This document shows, in pieces, positions 10,776-21,610 of a stretch of 64,000 bases of DNA (within the stretch, counting starts at the first letter, position 1; each line of letters begins with the position of its first letter). A program made the position numbers and the translations under genes. Origin of the DNA: an uncultured Rhodospirillales bacterium (GTDB lineage Bacteria; Pseudomonadota; Alphaproteobacteria; JAWKYA01); the NCBI GenBank assembly GCA_964397465.1, contig CAYNIC010000007.1, positions 16,474 to 80,473 of the forward strand. The letters run 5' to 3'. The notes beneath the pieces were generated by a model. The model saw only the letters and a list, made by a program, of their open reading frames with translations. It was not told where the DNA came from and searched no databases.

Positions 10776-11390
10776 GTGTCGCAAGGGCAGTCTAATGCAG
10801 TCGAATTCTATTTCGATTTCTCTTCGCCTTATGGATACCTAGCTGCGCAGGAAATCGACGATTTGGCAGAAAGTCATGGTCGCAAAGTCATATGGCGGCC
10901 GATTTTGCTGGGGCCTATTTTTAAGCAAACAGGGGGCAAACCGCTCTTAGATATTCCGTTGAAGGGAGAGTACGCTCGCCGCGATATCTTGCGGGCAGCG
11001 CGGCGGATTGGCGTGCCGTTCCGTTTGCCCCAGCCGTTTCCATTTTCGGCGGTTGGCGCGTCAAGAATCTTCTATTGGCTTTTTGACCAAGACGAGGAAG
11101 CGGCTTCTGCTTATGCCAAGGTTATTTTCCGCGAGGCATTTGAGGAGGCGCGCGATATTTCCCAGCCTGCCGTAGTTAGCGAAGTGGCGTTACGCTTGGG
11201 CTATATGCCCACCGAAATAGATACGGCGCTTAATAATCCCGAACTTAAAGAGCGGCTACGCCGGGAAGTAGATATAGCGATAACGCGGAAAGTATTTGGG
11301 TCGCCGTTTTTCTTTATAGATGGCGAGCCGTTTTGGGGAAACGACCGATTGGCTGATATAGATTTATGGCTGCAGCGAGGGGGCTGGTAG
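10776..11390 (+). CDS. 2-hydroxychromene-2-carboxylate isomerase family protein (DsbA-like fold).
   Basis: The N-terminus FYFDFSSPYGYLA is characteristic of HCCA isomerase/DsbA-like proteins. Confidence 0.7.
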   Translation: MSQGQSNAVEFYFDFSSPYGYLAAQEIDDLAESHGRKVIWRPILLGPIFKQTGGKPLLDIPLKGEYARRDILRAARRIGVPFRLPQPFPFSAVGASRIFYWLFDQDEEAASAYAKVIFREAFEEARDISQPAVVSEVALRLGYMPTEIDTALNNPELKERLRREVDIAITRKVFGSPFFFIDGEPFWGNDRLADIDLWLQRGGW

Positions 11391-11391
11391 T

Positions 11392-12369
11392 TTAAGCGTG
11401 GCGCGATCCTTCTAAAACACTCTTAAACGTACTCGCATCCACATTGCCCCCCGACAAAACAAAGCCCACTTTTTGCCCCTTTAGCTCTTCCATGTCATGA
11501 AATAGCGCAGCCAGGCCTATTGCGCCCGCACCCTCGGCGACATTATGGGTATCTGTAAACAAAATATGCATCGCATCGGTTATGGCGTTTTCCGATATCC
11601 GCACAATCCGTTCCGCGCCACGCAAAATAATCTCAACAGCTTCAGGGGCGGGGGTCCGGCAAGCAACGCCGTCTGCCATGGTATGGGCCGTATTCGTCGC
11701 AATCGGCTTTCCTGCTTCAAACGATAAGGCATAAGCCGGTGCCGTATCTGCAACAACGCCTACGATTTTAGTTTTAATGCCTAAGGCATCTCTGGCGGCG
11801 ATCATACCACAAATGCCGGAGCCTTGGCCGATAGGCACATAGACGGTGCGCAGATCTGGTTCCGCTTTAAAGAATTCCCAGGAATAGGTCGAGACACCGC
11901 CGATAAGTAAGGGGTCAAGCGAAGCAATAAGGTGAAGGCTATGCTGAGCCGCATATTCTCCCGCGTATTCTTTTGCCGCTTGGAAATCGTGTCCATATTC
12001 GATGAGTTCGGCACCCTGGGTTCGCATGGCAGCGTTTTTCTCCATGCTGTTGCCTTCCGGAACAATAATTGTTGCGGCGAGACCGTAGTGCCTAGCGGCT
12101 GTCGCTATACTCTGTCCATGATTGCCACGGGTCGCGGTAACTACGCCTTTAATGTTTGGCTGGGTCTGGACTAGGTTATCCATATATACGAGGCCGCCCC
12201 GAATCTTAAATGCGCCAACCGGTGTATGATTCTCGTGCTTGACCCAAACCTCACACTCGCAGCGGCGCGACAGCCCGGGCCAGCGATATTGCGGCGTTGG
12301 GGGCATAAAGCGGTAGACGATGCTAGCGGCCTTTTCTATTTCGGCTAGATTTGGCAGGGGATAGTTCAC
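11392..12369 (-). CDS. PLP-dependent threonine/serine dehydratase family enzyme.
   Basis: 325 aa with a FKIRG lysine-PLP motif and a glycine-rich loop (GQGSG); resembles catabolic threonine dehydratase or hydroxy-amino-acid ammonia-lyases. Confidence 0.7.
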   Translation of the reverse strand: MNYPLPNLAEIEKAASIVYRFMPPTPQYRWPGLSRRCECEVWVKHENHTPVGAFKIRGGLVYMDNLVQTQPNIKGVVTATRGNHGQSIATAARHYGLAATIIVPEGNSMEKNAAMRTQGAELIEYGHDFQAAKEYAGEYAAQHSLHLIASLDPLLIGGVSTYSWEFFKAEPDLRTVYVPIGQGSGICGMIAARDALGIKTKIVGVVADTAPAYALSFEAGKPIATNTAHTMADGVACRTPAPEAVEIILRGAERIVRISENAITDAMHILFTDTHNVAEGAGAIGLAALFHDMEELKGQKVGFVLSGGNVDASTFKSVLEGSRHA

Positions 12370-12518
12370 GCATAACCTCCGAAGGGTACTTTAGCCATAA
12401 AATGCCCTAAAAATGATGAAGCAGATGGGCCAAGGCGGCCAAAATGCGGTTCCCTCTTGCATGAAGGTGACTGCTCTAGGCAATCTGTAGCCCCTACCTG
12501 AAGGAACCTGCTTAACCT

Positions 12519-14126
12519 ATGGCTGTCATTCGGTCCACTCTTGACCATAATTCTGAGGCTTTCCGCCGTAATGCAGCCGATATGGCGGTGCGGCTGCAAG
12601 AGCTGCGGGATATGGCGCAAAGGGTCCGGCAGGGGGGCGGCGAGTCGGCTCGAAACAAGCATATAAGCCGAGGTAAGATCCTACCCCGGGAGCGTATTAC
12701 GCGACTTCTCGATGATGCATCACCCTTTTTGGAAATTGGGCAGTTGGCGGCGACAGGCCTCTATAAAGAAGAGGTTCCGTCGGCCGGGCTGATCTGCGGG
12801 ATCGGCCGGGTCTCGGGTCTCGAGTGCATGGTGATTGCGAATGATGCTACGGTTAAAGGGGGTACTTACTACCCTTTAACGGTTAAGAAGCATCTGCGCG
12901 CCCAAGAGATTGCCGCCGAAAATCATTTGCCCTGCATCTATCTTGTCGATTCTGGCGGCGCAAACTTACCAAATCAGGATGAAGTTTTTGCAGACCGGGA
13001 ACATTTTGGACGTATTTTCTTTAACCAAGCACGCATGTCCGCGGCTGGTATTCCGCAAATTGCCGTTGTCATGGGCTCTTGCACCGCAGGCGGTGCTTAT
13101 GTTCCTGCTATGTCTGATGAAACCATCATCGTCAAAGAGCAAGGAACTATCTTCTTGGCCGGCCCGCCTCTGGTTAAGGCAGCTACTGGCGAAGTCGTTT
13201 CAGCTGAGGATTTAGGCGGAGCAGAAGTCCATACCAAGATAAGCGGTGTTGCCGATCATTACGCTGTGAATGATGAGCATGCGTTGGTGCTCGCGCGTAA
13301 ATCTGTTGGACGATTAAACCGAAAGAAGGTTGTTCCTGGTGACTTGGCTTCACCGGAAGCCCCACTTTATGCAGTGCAGGACCTGTATGGTATTGTGCCT
13401 TCAGAGCTTAAAACGCCCTATGATGTTCGGGAGGTCGTTGCGCGTGTTGTTGATGCCTCCGAGCTCGATGAGTTTAAGGCCAATTACGGCACAACGCTGG
13501 TGACGGGCTTTGCCCGGATTTTTGGGTACCCCGTGGGCATTATAGCCAATAACGGAATTTTATTCTCGGAAGCTGCTCTCAAGGGGGCGCATTTCATCGA
13601 GCTATGTTGCCAACGAAGTATTCCCTTAGTCTTTTTACAAAACATCATGGGTTTTATGGTGGGGCGTAAATATGAGACCGGGGGGATTGCTAAAGATGGC
13701 GCAAAGATGGTGACAGCGGTTGCCTGCGCCAATGTGCCAAAATTTACAGTCATTATTGGCGGATCTTTTGGTGCAGGCAATTACGGGATGTGCGGCCGTG
13801 CCTATCAACCGCGTTTTCTTTGGATGTGGCCAAATGCGCGGATCAGCGTTATGGGCGGCGAACAGGCCGCCAATGTCTTAGCCACGATCAAGCGCGATGC
13901 TCTTGAAGCGCGCGGCGAGACTTGGTCTTCCGAGGATGAGAAAGTTTTTAAGACTCCCATCCAGCAGCAGTTTGAAGCGCAGTCAAATCCCTACTATGCG
14001 ACAGCGCGACTATGGGATGACGGTATTATTGATCCCGCAGATACGCGCGCCGTACTTGGTCTCAGCCTTTCAGCAAGTCTGAATGCACCGATCATGCCAA
14101 CCCGGTTTGGCACATTTCGGATGTAG
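12519..14126 (+). CDS. mccB: Methylcrotonyl-CoA carboxylase beta subunit (carboxyltransferase).
   Basis: 535 aa with a duplicated crotonase-like carboxyltransferase fold, in the liu context. Confidence 0.9.
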   Translation: MAVIRSTLDHNSEAFRRNAADMAVRLQELRDMAQRVRQGGGESARNKHISRGKILPRERITRLLDDASPFLEIGQLAATGLYKEEVPSAGLICGIGRVSGLECMVIANDATVKGGTYYPLTVKKHLRAQEIAAENHLPCIYLVDSGGANLPNQDEVFADREHFGRIFFNQARMSAAGIPQIAVVMGSCTAGGAYVPAMSDETIIVKEQGTIFLAGPPLVKAATGEVVSAEDLGGAEVHTKISGVADHYAVNDEHALVLARKSVGRLNRKKVVPGDLASPEAPLYAVQDLYGIVPSELKTPYDVREVVARVVDASELDEFKANYGTTLVTGFARIFGYPVGIIANNGILFSEAALKGAHFIELCCQRSIPLVFLQNIMGFMVGRKYETGGIAKDGAKMVTAVACANVPKFTVIIGGSFGAGNYGMCGRAYQPRFLWMWPNARISVMGGEQAANVLATIKRDALEARGETWSSEDEKVFKTPIQQQFEAQSNPYYATARLWDDGIIDPADTRAVLGLSLSASLNAPIMPTRFGTFRM

Positions 14127-14133
14127 GGCAGTC

Positions 14134-14934
14134 ATGATGCACAAAGGCTTTCGGATCGAGAATAAAGATAAGGTCGCGCGGCTTATCCTTGATCGCCCCG
14201 AGAGACATAATGCTTTTGACGATGCTTTAATCGCTGATTTGACGACTGCACTTGAAAACTTAAACAGAGATCTTTCTGTTCGTGTTGTTATTTTGGCGGC
14301 CGAAGGTGCCAGTTTTTCTGCCGGTGGTGATCTATCCTGGATGCAACGCGCCGCCAAATATGATGCAGCGCAGAATCTGGCCGATGCCCAGGCCCTAGCT
14401 AAGCTTATGGCGACACTTAATGGAATGCATAAGCCAACCATTGCGGCCATACAGGGGCCGGCCTATGGGGGCGGCTGCGGACTTATCGCTGCATGCGATA
14501 TTGCTATTGCCGCCTCGGGCGCGGTTTTTGCGCTGACTGAAGTTCGGTTGGGCTTGATTCCGGCGGTTATTGGTCCTTACGTTGTTCGGGCGATTGGCCA
14601 GCGCCAAGCGCGCCGCCTCTTTTTAACGGCGGAGCGTTTCTCTGCTGAGGAAGCGCATCGTATCGGTTTTATTCATGAGGTAACAACAGCAGAGGGCTTG
14701 CAGAGCGCCATAGATAAACTAGTTAATCTGCTTTTGCAGGGAGGGCCGCAGGCGCTAGGCGAAGCAAAGCAGCTGATCCAGGAACTTGCCGATCCGGGTG
14801 GTGGACCAAAACAGGCGGACGCGATGGCGCGAAAAATTGCCGCCATGCGTCAGACACCTGAGGGTCAAGAAGGGATTGCTGCTTTTTTAGAGAAGCGAAA
14901 GCCGGCATGGATTGAAGATGACAAGAATAAGTAA
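14134..14934 (+). CDS. liuC: Methylglutaconyl-CoA hydratase (enoyl-CoA hydratase family).
   Basis: Crotonase fold (LDRPERHNAFD, AAIQGPAYGGG). Start placed at MMHKG just after the mccB stop. Confidence 0.8.
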   Translation: MMHKGFRIENKDKVARLILDRPERHNAFDDALIADLTTALENLNRDLSVRVVILAAEGASFSAGGDLSWMQRAAKYDAAQNLADAQALAKLMATLNGMHKPTIAAIQGPAYGGGCGLIAACDIAIAASGAVFALTEVRLGLIPAVIGPYVVRAIGQRQARRLFLTAERFSAEEAHRIGFIHEVTTAEGLQSAIDKLVNLLLQGGPQALGEAKQLIQELADPGGGPKQADAMARKIAAMRQTPEGQEGIAAFLEKRKPAWIEDDKNK

Positions 14935-16963
14935 AGATAATATTGCAGGCAGTCACCGTTTCGCCAAAATTTTAATTGCCAACCGAGGCGAGATCGCCTG
15001 CCGCATCATGCGCACGGCCAAACGTTTAGGGATTCGTACTGTAGCGGTTTATTCCGAGGTCGATGCAAAATCGGCCCATGTTGATATGGCTGACGAGGCA
15101 TGGCCGATCGGTCCGGCTCCGGCTCGGGAAAGCTATTTAAATATTGAAGCCATCATTGATGTGGCCCGTAAGGCTGGTGTCGACGCTATTCATCCAGGCT
15201 ATGGATTTTTGTCAGAAAAAGCCGAGTTTGCGGCTGCATGTATCGCAGCCGGATTTGTTTTTATTGGACCGCCGGCAACCGCCATTAAGGCTATGGGAGA
15301 TAAGGCTGAAGCAAAAAAAATTATGGCTACGGCATCCGTTCCTTTGGTGCCGGGATATCATGAAGATGATCAATCTGAGAGTAGCTTAAAATCAGCTGCT
15401 CGCCAGATCGGTTACCCTATTTTGATCAAAGCGGCTGCTGGCGGTGGCGGCAAGGGGATGCGGATTGTTGAGGAAGAGGCCGAATTATTATCGGCAATGA
15501 TTTCAGCTCAACGTGAGGCAGTATCGGCTTTTGGCGATAATCGCATCATCTTGGAGAAATTTCTTCGTAATCCGCGGCATATCGAAGTTCAGATCTTTGC
15601 GGATAATGAAGGAAACGTCATTCATCTTTTTGACCGGGATTGCTCCATTCAACGCCGATATCAGAAAGTGATCGAGGAGGCTCCCGCACCGGGAATACCC
15701 GAATCTGTGCGTCACGCCATGCATAAGACCGCGGTAGACGCCGCTAAGGCCATCAATTACGTGAGTGCGGGAACCATTGAATTTATCTATGCTGATGAGA
15801 AATTTTATTTCATGGAAATGAATACGCGCCTTCAGGTTGAGCATCCGGTCACGGAGTTAATCACACGGATCGACCTTGTCGAATGGCAAATAGACGTGGC
15901 AGCCGGCCTGCCTTTACCGTTACGCCAAGAAGATATTACAAGCCGAGGGCACGCGATTGAGGCGCGGCTATATGCTGAAGACCCGTATCATCAGTTTCTT
16001 CCGTCGATAGGGAAAATCTCACATTTGCGACTGCCGGATCAATCTCCGGATTTATGGGTTGATAGCGGCGTCAGGCAAAACGATGAAGTTACTGTTTATT
16101 ATGACCCGATGATTGCTAAGATCATTTCTTGGGACGAAGATCGCTCAATAGCTGCCTCTCATTTAAGAGAGGCGCTTCTATCCGTTGAGGTCGCAGGGCC
16201 GATTACAAATGCGAGTTTTCTTGCAGCGATTGTCGATCATCCGGCCTTTCGGCTTGGTGAAGTAAGTACGCAATTTATCTCAAAACATAGTGCGGATCTG
16301 TTACCGCCAATCGACGTTCCCTTTGCTGTATGGGCGCTTGTCTCTATCGGAAGATTAGACTCCGTCAATCAAGCTTCGCCAAAAGATCATGATGCCTACT
16401 CTCCGTGGTCAAGCTTAAGAGGTTGGCGCCTTAATGGTGATCCTTCATCAATACGTATGAAATTTAAACATTATGACCATGAAGAAATGGTTTTTGCCAC
16501 TTTGCCCGAAAAAGGAAAATTCTCTTTTAGTTTTGGAAATAACGTAACTTTTGGCTCGTATCAACAGGACAGCGGCCGCTATCGGCTATCTCTTGGCTCG
16601 ACATGGATTGAGGGACGTGTTGTTCAGCAGGGTAATCAAGTGAACGTATTTTACCAAGGAAAAACCTATCGCCTGATGATCGTTCCTCGGGACGATATGG
16701 AGGTGGGTCCGACCATGTCGGATGGCACGCTTGTAGCGATGATGCCGGGAAAAGTTGTTTCTGTTGCCGCCGTCGTTGGACAAAAGGTTCAGAAGGGCAG
16801 TACCCTGGCTGTTATGGAAGCCATGAAGATGGAGCAGCCCATTCTGGCGCCTTTCGATGGTATCGTTTCTCAGGTTTTGTGTCGTCCCGGGGATATTATT
16901 GCCGAAGGCACGAGTCTTGTCGTCTTAGAGGAAAATGTTGCCGCTGATGACAATTCCCATTGA
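14912..16963 (+). CDS. mccA: Methylcrotonyl-CoA carboxylase alpha subunit (biotin carboxylase plus biotinyl carrier domain).
   Basis: ATP-grasp biotin carboxylase and a C-terminal AMKM biotinylation motif (EAMKME). Confidence 0.9.
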   Translation: MKMTRISKDNIAGSHRFAKILIANRGEIACRIMRTAKRLGIRTVAVYSEVDAKSAHVDMADEAWPIGPAPARESYLNIEAIIDVARKAGVDAIHPGYGFLSEKAEFAAACIAAGFVFIGPPATAIKAMGDKAEAKKIMATASVPLVPGYHEDDQSESSLKSAARQIGYPILIKAAAGGGGKGMRIVEEEAELLSAMISAQREAVSAFGDNRIILEKFLRNPRHIEVQIFADNEGNVIHLFDRDCSIQRRYQKVIEEAPAPGIPESVRHAMHKTAVDAAKAINYVSAGTIEFIYADEKFYFMEMNTRLQVEHPVTELITRIDLVEWQIDVAAGLPLPLRQEDITSRGHAIEARLYAEDPYHQFLPSIGKISHLRLPDQSPDLWVDSGVRQNDEVTVYYDPMIAKIISWDEDRSIAASHLREALLSVEVAGPITNASFLAAIVDHPAFRLGEVSTQFISKHSADLLPPIDVPFAVWALVSIGRLDSVNQASPKDHDAYSPWSSLRGWRLNGDPSSIRMKFKHYDHEEMVFATLPEKGKFSFSFGNNVTFGSYQQDSGRYRLSLGSTWIEGRVVQQGNQVNVFYQGKTYRLMIVPRDDMEVGPTMSDGTLVAMMPGKVVSVAAVVGQKVQKGSTLAVMEAMKMEQPILAPFDGIVSQVLCRPGDIIAEGTSLVVLEENVAADDNSH

Positions 16964-17210
16964 ACACCTTCGCAATTTGGGACCTAAAACCGGCAGGTTG
17001 TTGCGGGACATAGGCATATCTACGATTGATGATCTAAGAAAAATCGGTCCGGTTGAGGCATACTGCCGGCTTAAAAGTACAGCGCCTCAGCAAGTATCCC
17101 TAAACGCTCTTTGGGCGATGCAAGCGGGCCTTTTAGATATGCCATGGCAACATCTGCCACTCGAGATTAAATCGGAACTCCGCTTGGCCTTGGAGAAAAA
17201 GTCCCCATGA
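16935..17210 (+). CDS. Small protein resembling the TfoX C-terminal (helix-hairpin-helix) domain. Overlaps the mccA 3' end and hmgL start.
   Basis: 91 aa. [34 protein letters not shown]...[22 protein letters not shown] matches TfoX_C by eye. It overlaps mccA by 29 nt, and its stop overlaps the hmgL ATG (ATGA). Confidence 0.5.
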   Translation: MLPLMTIPIEHLRNLGPKTGRLLRDIGISTIDDLRKIGPVEAYCRLKSTAPQQVSLNALWAMQAGLLDMPWQHLPLEIKSELRLALEKKSP

Positions 17211-18115
17211 TGCCAAAGGCTGTTCGTATTGTTGATGTCGGTCCGCGAGATGGTTTGCAAAACGAAGCAACGCCTGTACCTGTATTGGCAAAGATAAACT
17301 TAATCGAAAGTTTAGCCGATGCTGGTCTTTCGGCGGTGGAGGCTGGAGCTTTCGTTTCGCCTAAGTGGGTGCCGCAAATGGCTGATAGCGCCGAAGTCAT
17401 TGCCAAGATCAAACGACGCCCGGGTACAAGATACCCCGTTCTTGTTCCCAATATAAAAGGTTTCGAAGCAGCCTTAGCGGCAGGAGCCATTGACGAAATC
17501 GCTATTTTTGGTGCGGCATCAGAAACTTTTTCACAGCGAAATATCAACTGCTCCATTGACGAAAGCCTTGAACGTTTTGCACTCGTAGCTAAAATTGCCT
17601 TATCAAAGGGGATTCGTTTACGTGGATATATTTCGTGTGTTTTAGGTTGCCCCTATGAAGGACATGTTGCACCAAACAGCGTGGCTGAAGTTGCCTTAAA
17701 GCTGCTTGATCTGGGATGCGCGGAAATCTCCTTGGGCGACACCACCGGAGTTGGAACGCCTTCAAAGGCTATCCATATGGTCGAGGCTGTTACCCAAAAG
17801 GTTACTATTGAGCGGCTTGCGGTGCATTTTCACGATACTTGGGGGCAAGCTTTGGCCAATATTTATGCGGTCTTAGGCTTAGGTATTTCAGTGGTCGATA
17901 GTTCGGTTTCGGGTTTAGGTGGCTGCCCTTACGCGCCCGGTGCCGCCGGGAATGTCGCCACGGAAGATGTGCTCTACATGCTTCATGGCATGGGAATAGA
18001 AACGGGCGTTGATCTTGCCAAGGTTGCGGCGGCAGGCCGGGAAATCTGCCGGATATTGGGGCGTAAACCCGTATCTCGCGCCGCTCAAGCGCTGCAGGCA
18101 AACCTAAGGAACTGA
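17207..18115 (+). CDS. hmgL: Hydroxymethylglutaryl-CoA lyase.
   Basis: [15 protein letters not shown] at the N-terminus and a TIM-barrel HMGL-like fold. Confidence 0.9.
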   Translation: MMPKAVRIVDVGPRDGLQNEATPVPVLAKINLIESLADAGLSAVEAGAFVSPKWVPQMADSAEVIAKIKRRPGTRYPVLVPNIKGFEAALAAGAIDEIAIFGAASETFSQRNINCSIDESLERFALVAKIALSKGIRLRGYISCVLGCPYEGHVAPNSVAEVALKLLDLGCAEISLGDTTGVGTPSKAIHMVEAVTQKVTIERLAVHFHDTWGQALANIYAVLGLGISVVDSSVSGLGGCPYAPGAAGNVATEDVLYMLHGMGIETGVDLAKVAAAGREICRILGRKPVSRAAQALQANLRN

Positions 18116-18116
18116 A

Positions 18117-18446
18117 ATGATTTTGCCTCAAGTCCCGTTTACAGTGACCAATTGGGATAAGGTGCCCATCACAGAACATAAAGGTGATGTTGGAAAAGCT
18201 ATCTGGCGCACCGTTACCATGGGTGATATCCGAATTCGTTTAGTTGAATATACTCCTGGTTATGTTGCCGATCATTGGTGTGAACGTGGACATATTATTT
18301 TTGTTATGGAAGGGGAATTGAAAACAGAATTAAAGGATGGAACTCAATTTACAATTTCCCAAGGTATGAGCTACCAAGTTTCTAATGATCCTAATGCCCA
18401 TAGATCAAGCGCTCCAATGGGAGCTAAGCTTTTTATTGTCGATTAA
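18117..18446 (+). CDS. Small cupin-fold protein (DHCW-motif-like).
   Basis: 109 aa with the motif VADHWCERGH, beta-rich. Confidence 0.55.
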   Translation: MILPQVPFTVTNWDKVPITEHKGDVGKAIWRTVTMGDIRIRLVEYTPGYVADHWCERGHIIFVMEGELKTELKDGTQFTISQGMSYQVSNDPNAHRSSAPMGAKLFIVD

Positions 18447-18449
18447 ATA

Positions 18450-18878
18450 ATGTCTCTTAATCTTATCAAGCTCTGTGTTGGTATTACGGATATCAAGCAT
18501 CTCGAAGGTGTGCAGAAACAAAGACGTAAGGCTGCCAAGCGGAAGTTTTCCCGCCATGTCACGCGAAACTGGCCACGCCGTGCAGAAGAAATTTTAGAAG
18601 GCAAGGGCTCGCTTTACTGGGTGATTAAGGGCGTCATCCGCGTACGTCAGCCCATTATTGGTTTTGATGAAATGCAGGATGACGAGGGCCGGCCTATGTG
18701 CGGCATCCGTTTGGCGCCGGAGCTTGTGCCTGTTATTCCTTATCCATTTCGGCCCTTTCAAGGCTGGCGTTATTTGGAGGCGCCGAGTGCACCACCGGAT
18801 CTCAGAGGCATGAAAGGTGGTGTTGCCGATCTTCCGCCCGATCTGGTTGCTGAGCTTGTTAGTCTTGGCCTAATGTGA
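18450..18878 (+). CDS. DUF1489-like conserved hypothetical protein.
   Basis: 142 aa. N-terminus MSLNLIKLCVGITDIKHLE; recalled as an alphaproteobacterial DUF1489 pattern. Function unknown. Confidence 0.5.
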   Translation: MSLNLIKLCVGITDIKHLEGVQKQRRKAAKRKFSRHVTRNWPRRAEEILEGKGSLYWVIKGVIRVRQPIIGFDEMQDDEGRPMCGIRLAPELVPVIPYPFRPFQGWRYLEAPSAPPDLRGMKGGVADLPPDLVAELVSLGLM

Positions 18879-20328
18879 TTGTCGCCAGCGCTCCGTGTTT
18901 AAAAAGCTGAGCCAGGCTTTGCGTAACGGTGCGAGTAAAGATTTTATTTTGCGGTAAATCATCACCAAATATGGCTCTAAGCGCCAAAAGTTCCCGTGCT
19001 AGATGTTCGGCGTTGGGGCCTGTTTTTGCGGCAGTTTCTGCAAAGATCGGCGCCATGGGATCACGGACATCAATCTTGTGTCCCTTTTCGTCCTGCCCAT
19101 AGACATATCGCATCCAGGCGGCGACACCTAGACCAAGACGTGAAATAGGGGCATTTTGCTTTAACCGGTCGCGGATGGTCCCAAGCAAGCGTTGCGGTAA
19201 TTTTTGTGATCCGTCCATCGCAATTTGCCACGTCCGATGCTTTAAAGCAGGGTTACGAAACCGCTGGATAAGGGCTGTTTTGTATGCGGTGAGGTTGTTC
19301 CCCGCAATTGTGGGAAGAGTAGAGGTAATTTCATCATCCATTAGTTGCTGAATGAAGGTAGCCAATGGAGATTTCATCGCTTCGGCGACCTTATCAAATC
19401 CTGCCAGGTATCCCAGATAGGCAATAGAAGAATGGCTGCCATTCAAAAGACGAAGTTTTGTCAGCTCATAAGCGTGGACATCTTTGGTAAATTGCACACC
19501 ATATTTTTCCCATCTGGGCCGGCCAGACACGAAGCGGTCTTCGATCACCCATTGGGAAAAAGGCTCGGTAACGACCGGCCACGCGTCCTCGACACCTAAG
19601 CCGGCGCTGACCGCTTTTCGGTCCTCGTCCGTCGTTGCGGGTACAATCCGATCAACCATGGAGTTAGGGCAAGGAATTGTATCGTCAATCCAAGCGCTCA
19701 GACTCGGATCACGCATCGCCGCAAACTGACGAATGAGTTTTGCTACAGTGTCGCCATTACTGGGAAGATTATCGCAGGAAAGCACGGTAAAGGGGGCATG
19801 ACCAAGTTTTTTGCGCTGAAAAATGGCCTCTACGATAAATCCCAAGGCTGAGCGAGGCTGATGAGAGCGCTCCAGATCATGTTGTATATCCGGATGGTCT
19901 TTATTGAGATTGCCCGTTGCCGGGTCGTGGCAATAGCCTTTCTCCGTAACCGTCAGGCTGACAATTTTGACCGAAGGCCGGCAGAGTCGATCCAACACCT
20001 TTTGAGGTGATTCAGGGGCGACCAGTATCTCCGCAACGGAACCGATGATCCGGAGTGTTGTTTGTGCGGCATCACGTATCGCCACCGTATAGAGATTATC
20101 TTGTGGAGCTAAAGCATCGCGCGTATCGGGGCGACGCAGGCTAACACCGGCTATCAGCCAGTCGCCGGCCTCCCGGTTAAGAGCCTCATCAACATATACG
20201 GCTTGATGCGCACGGTGAAATGCGCCAATACCTAAATGTACGATACCGACATCAAGTTTCGTACGATCGTATAGAGGCCGGGCAATTTGAGTTGCAAGAC
20301 CTTTCAAAGGCGCAGGACTTAACCTCAC
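18859..20328 (-). CDS. Mannitol-dehydrogenase-family hexuronate reductase (fructuronate reductase UxuB or altronate oxidoreductase UxaB type).
   Basis: 489 aa long-chain mannitol dehydrogenase family, at the 3' end of the uxaC-TRAP operon. Confidence 0.75.
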   Translation of the reverse strand: MRLSPAPLKGLATQIARPLYDRTKLDVGIVHLGIGAFHRAHQAVYVDEALNREAGDWLIAGVSLRRPDTRDALAPQDNLYTVAIRDAAQTTLRIIGSVAEILVAPESPQKVLDRLCRPSVKIVSLTVTEKGYCHDPATGNLNKDHPDIQHDLERSHQPRSALGFIVEAIFQRKKLGHAPFTVLSCDNLPSNGDTVAKLIRQFAAMRDPSLSAWIDDTIPCPNSMVDRIVPATTDEDRKAVSAGLGVEDAWPVVTEPFSQWVIEDRFVSGRPRWEKYGVQFTKDVHAYELTKLRLLNGSHSSIAYLGYLAGFDKVAEAMKSPLATFIQQLMDDEITSTLPTIAGNNLTAYKTALIQRFRNPALKHRTWQIAMDGSQKLPQRLLGTIRDRLKQNAPISRLGLGVAAWMRYVYGQDEKGHKIDVRDPMAPIFAETAAKTGPNAEHLARELLALRAIFGDDLPQNKIFTRTVTQSLAQLFKHGALATITLGQD

Positions 20329-21608
20329 TTACCCAAGATCCGTGGCAAGAACAACGAAACTTCAGGGACATAGGTGATAATGGCAAGGACAATCAGGCTT
20401 GCCAAAAAGAAAGGCCAAATAGTTCTCATCGAATTCATAATTGAAATCTTACCGATCGCACAGCCAACGAAGAGAACAGATCCTACAGGCGGCGTAATAA
20501 GGCCAATACCTTGGTTGAGAATCATGATTATGCCAAAATGAACCGGATCCATTCCGTAGGCTTTCACTACAGGCAAGAAAATTGGCGTGCTAATGATGAT
20601 TAGCGGTGCCATATCCATAAATGTACCCAAGAAAAGCAGCACAATATTGATCATGAAAAAAATGACCAACGGGTTATTACTGATATGACGCATAAACTCG
20701 ATCGTAACGGCCGGAACCTGAAGGAGAGCCATAAGCCAGCCGAAAGCACCTGCGGTACCTATCACCAATAAGACTAAGGCTGTAGTTCGCACGGCGCCGA
20801 GGGTCGCTTTGACAAAATCCTCCCAGCTCATGCTGCGGTAGACGAGTAGGGTGACCAAAAGTGCGTAAATAGCGGCAATCATGGAGCTTTCGGTGGCCGT
20901 AAAAACACCGGAGCGAACCCCGCCCATGATAACGCCGACCAATAGAAGGCCGGGGACGGCGACGACAAAAATCCGACCCAGCATAGCAAAGCCGGGAAAT
21001 CTTTCTGCCGGATATCCTCGCTTTAAAGCAACGACGTAAGCGGTTAACATCAGAGCGGCAGCCAGAAGGAGTCCGGGCAAGATGCCGGCGGTGAAGAGGT
21101 CGGCGATGGAAATGGATCCTCCCGCCGAGATCGAATAAATGATCATGTTATGGCTGGGGGGAATCAGCAGCGCAATAATTGCGGACATGACAGTAACGTT
21201 GACAGCGTAATCGACGTCGTAACCGCGCTTGACCATTTGTGGAATCATGATGCCGCCGACAGCCGAGGCATCGGCAACGGCCGAACCTGAGATACCTCCA
21301 AACAGCGTGCTGGACATGACGTTAACCAAGCCAAGGCCGCCGCGTGCATGCCCGACCAAGGCAGCGGCAAGCTGAATAAGACGTTCGGCGATGGTGCCGC
21401 GCATCATAAGCTCGCCTGCATATATGAAAAACGGGATTGCCATCAAGGCAAAGACATTCATGCTCGAGGACATTTGTTGGAATATGACGAGAGGCGAAAT
21501 GCCCATGTAAAAAATGGTGATCAGAGAGGAAAAGCCCATCACAAAAGCTATGGGCATTCCCAATAGCATTAGAACCGTGAAGCTAAGAAACAAAACCGTA
21601 AGAGCCAT
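20325..21608 (-). CDS. dctM: TRAP transporter large permease (DctM).
   Basis: 427 aa polytopic membrane protein with DctM topology. Confidence 0.85.
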   Translation of the reverse strand: MALTVLFLSFTVLMLLGMPIAFVMGFSSLITIFYMGISPLVIFQQMSSSMNVFALMAIPFFIYAGELMMRGTIAERLIQLAAALVGHARGGLGLVNVMSSTLFGGISGSAVADASAVGGIMIPQMVKRGYDVDYAVNVTVMSAIIALLIPPSHNMIIYSISAGGSISIADLFTAGILPGLLLAAALMLTAYVVALKRGYPAERFPGFAMLGRIFVVAVPGLLLVGVIMGGVRSGVFTATESSMIAAIYALLVTLLVYRSMSWEDFVKATLGAVRTTALVLLVIGTAGAFGWLMALLQVPAVTIEFMRHISNNPLVIFFMINIVLLFLGTFMDMAPLIIISTPIFLPVVKAYGMDPVHFGIIMILNQGIGLITPPVGSVLFVGCAIGKISIMNSMRTIWPFFLASLIVLAIITYVPEVSLFLPRILGK

Positions 21609-21610
21609 GA

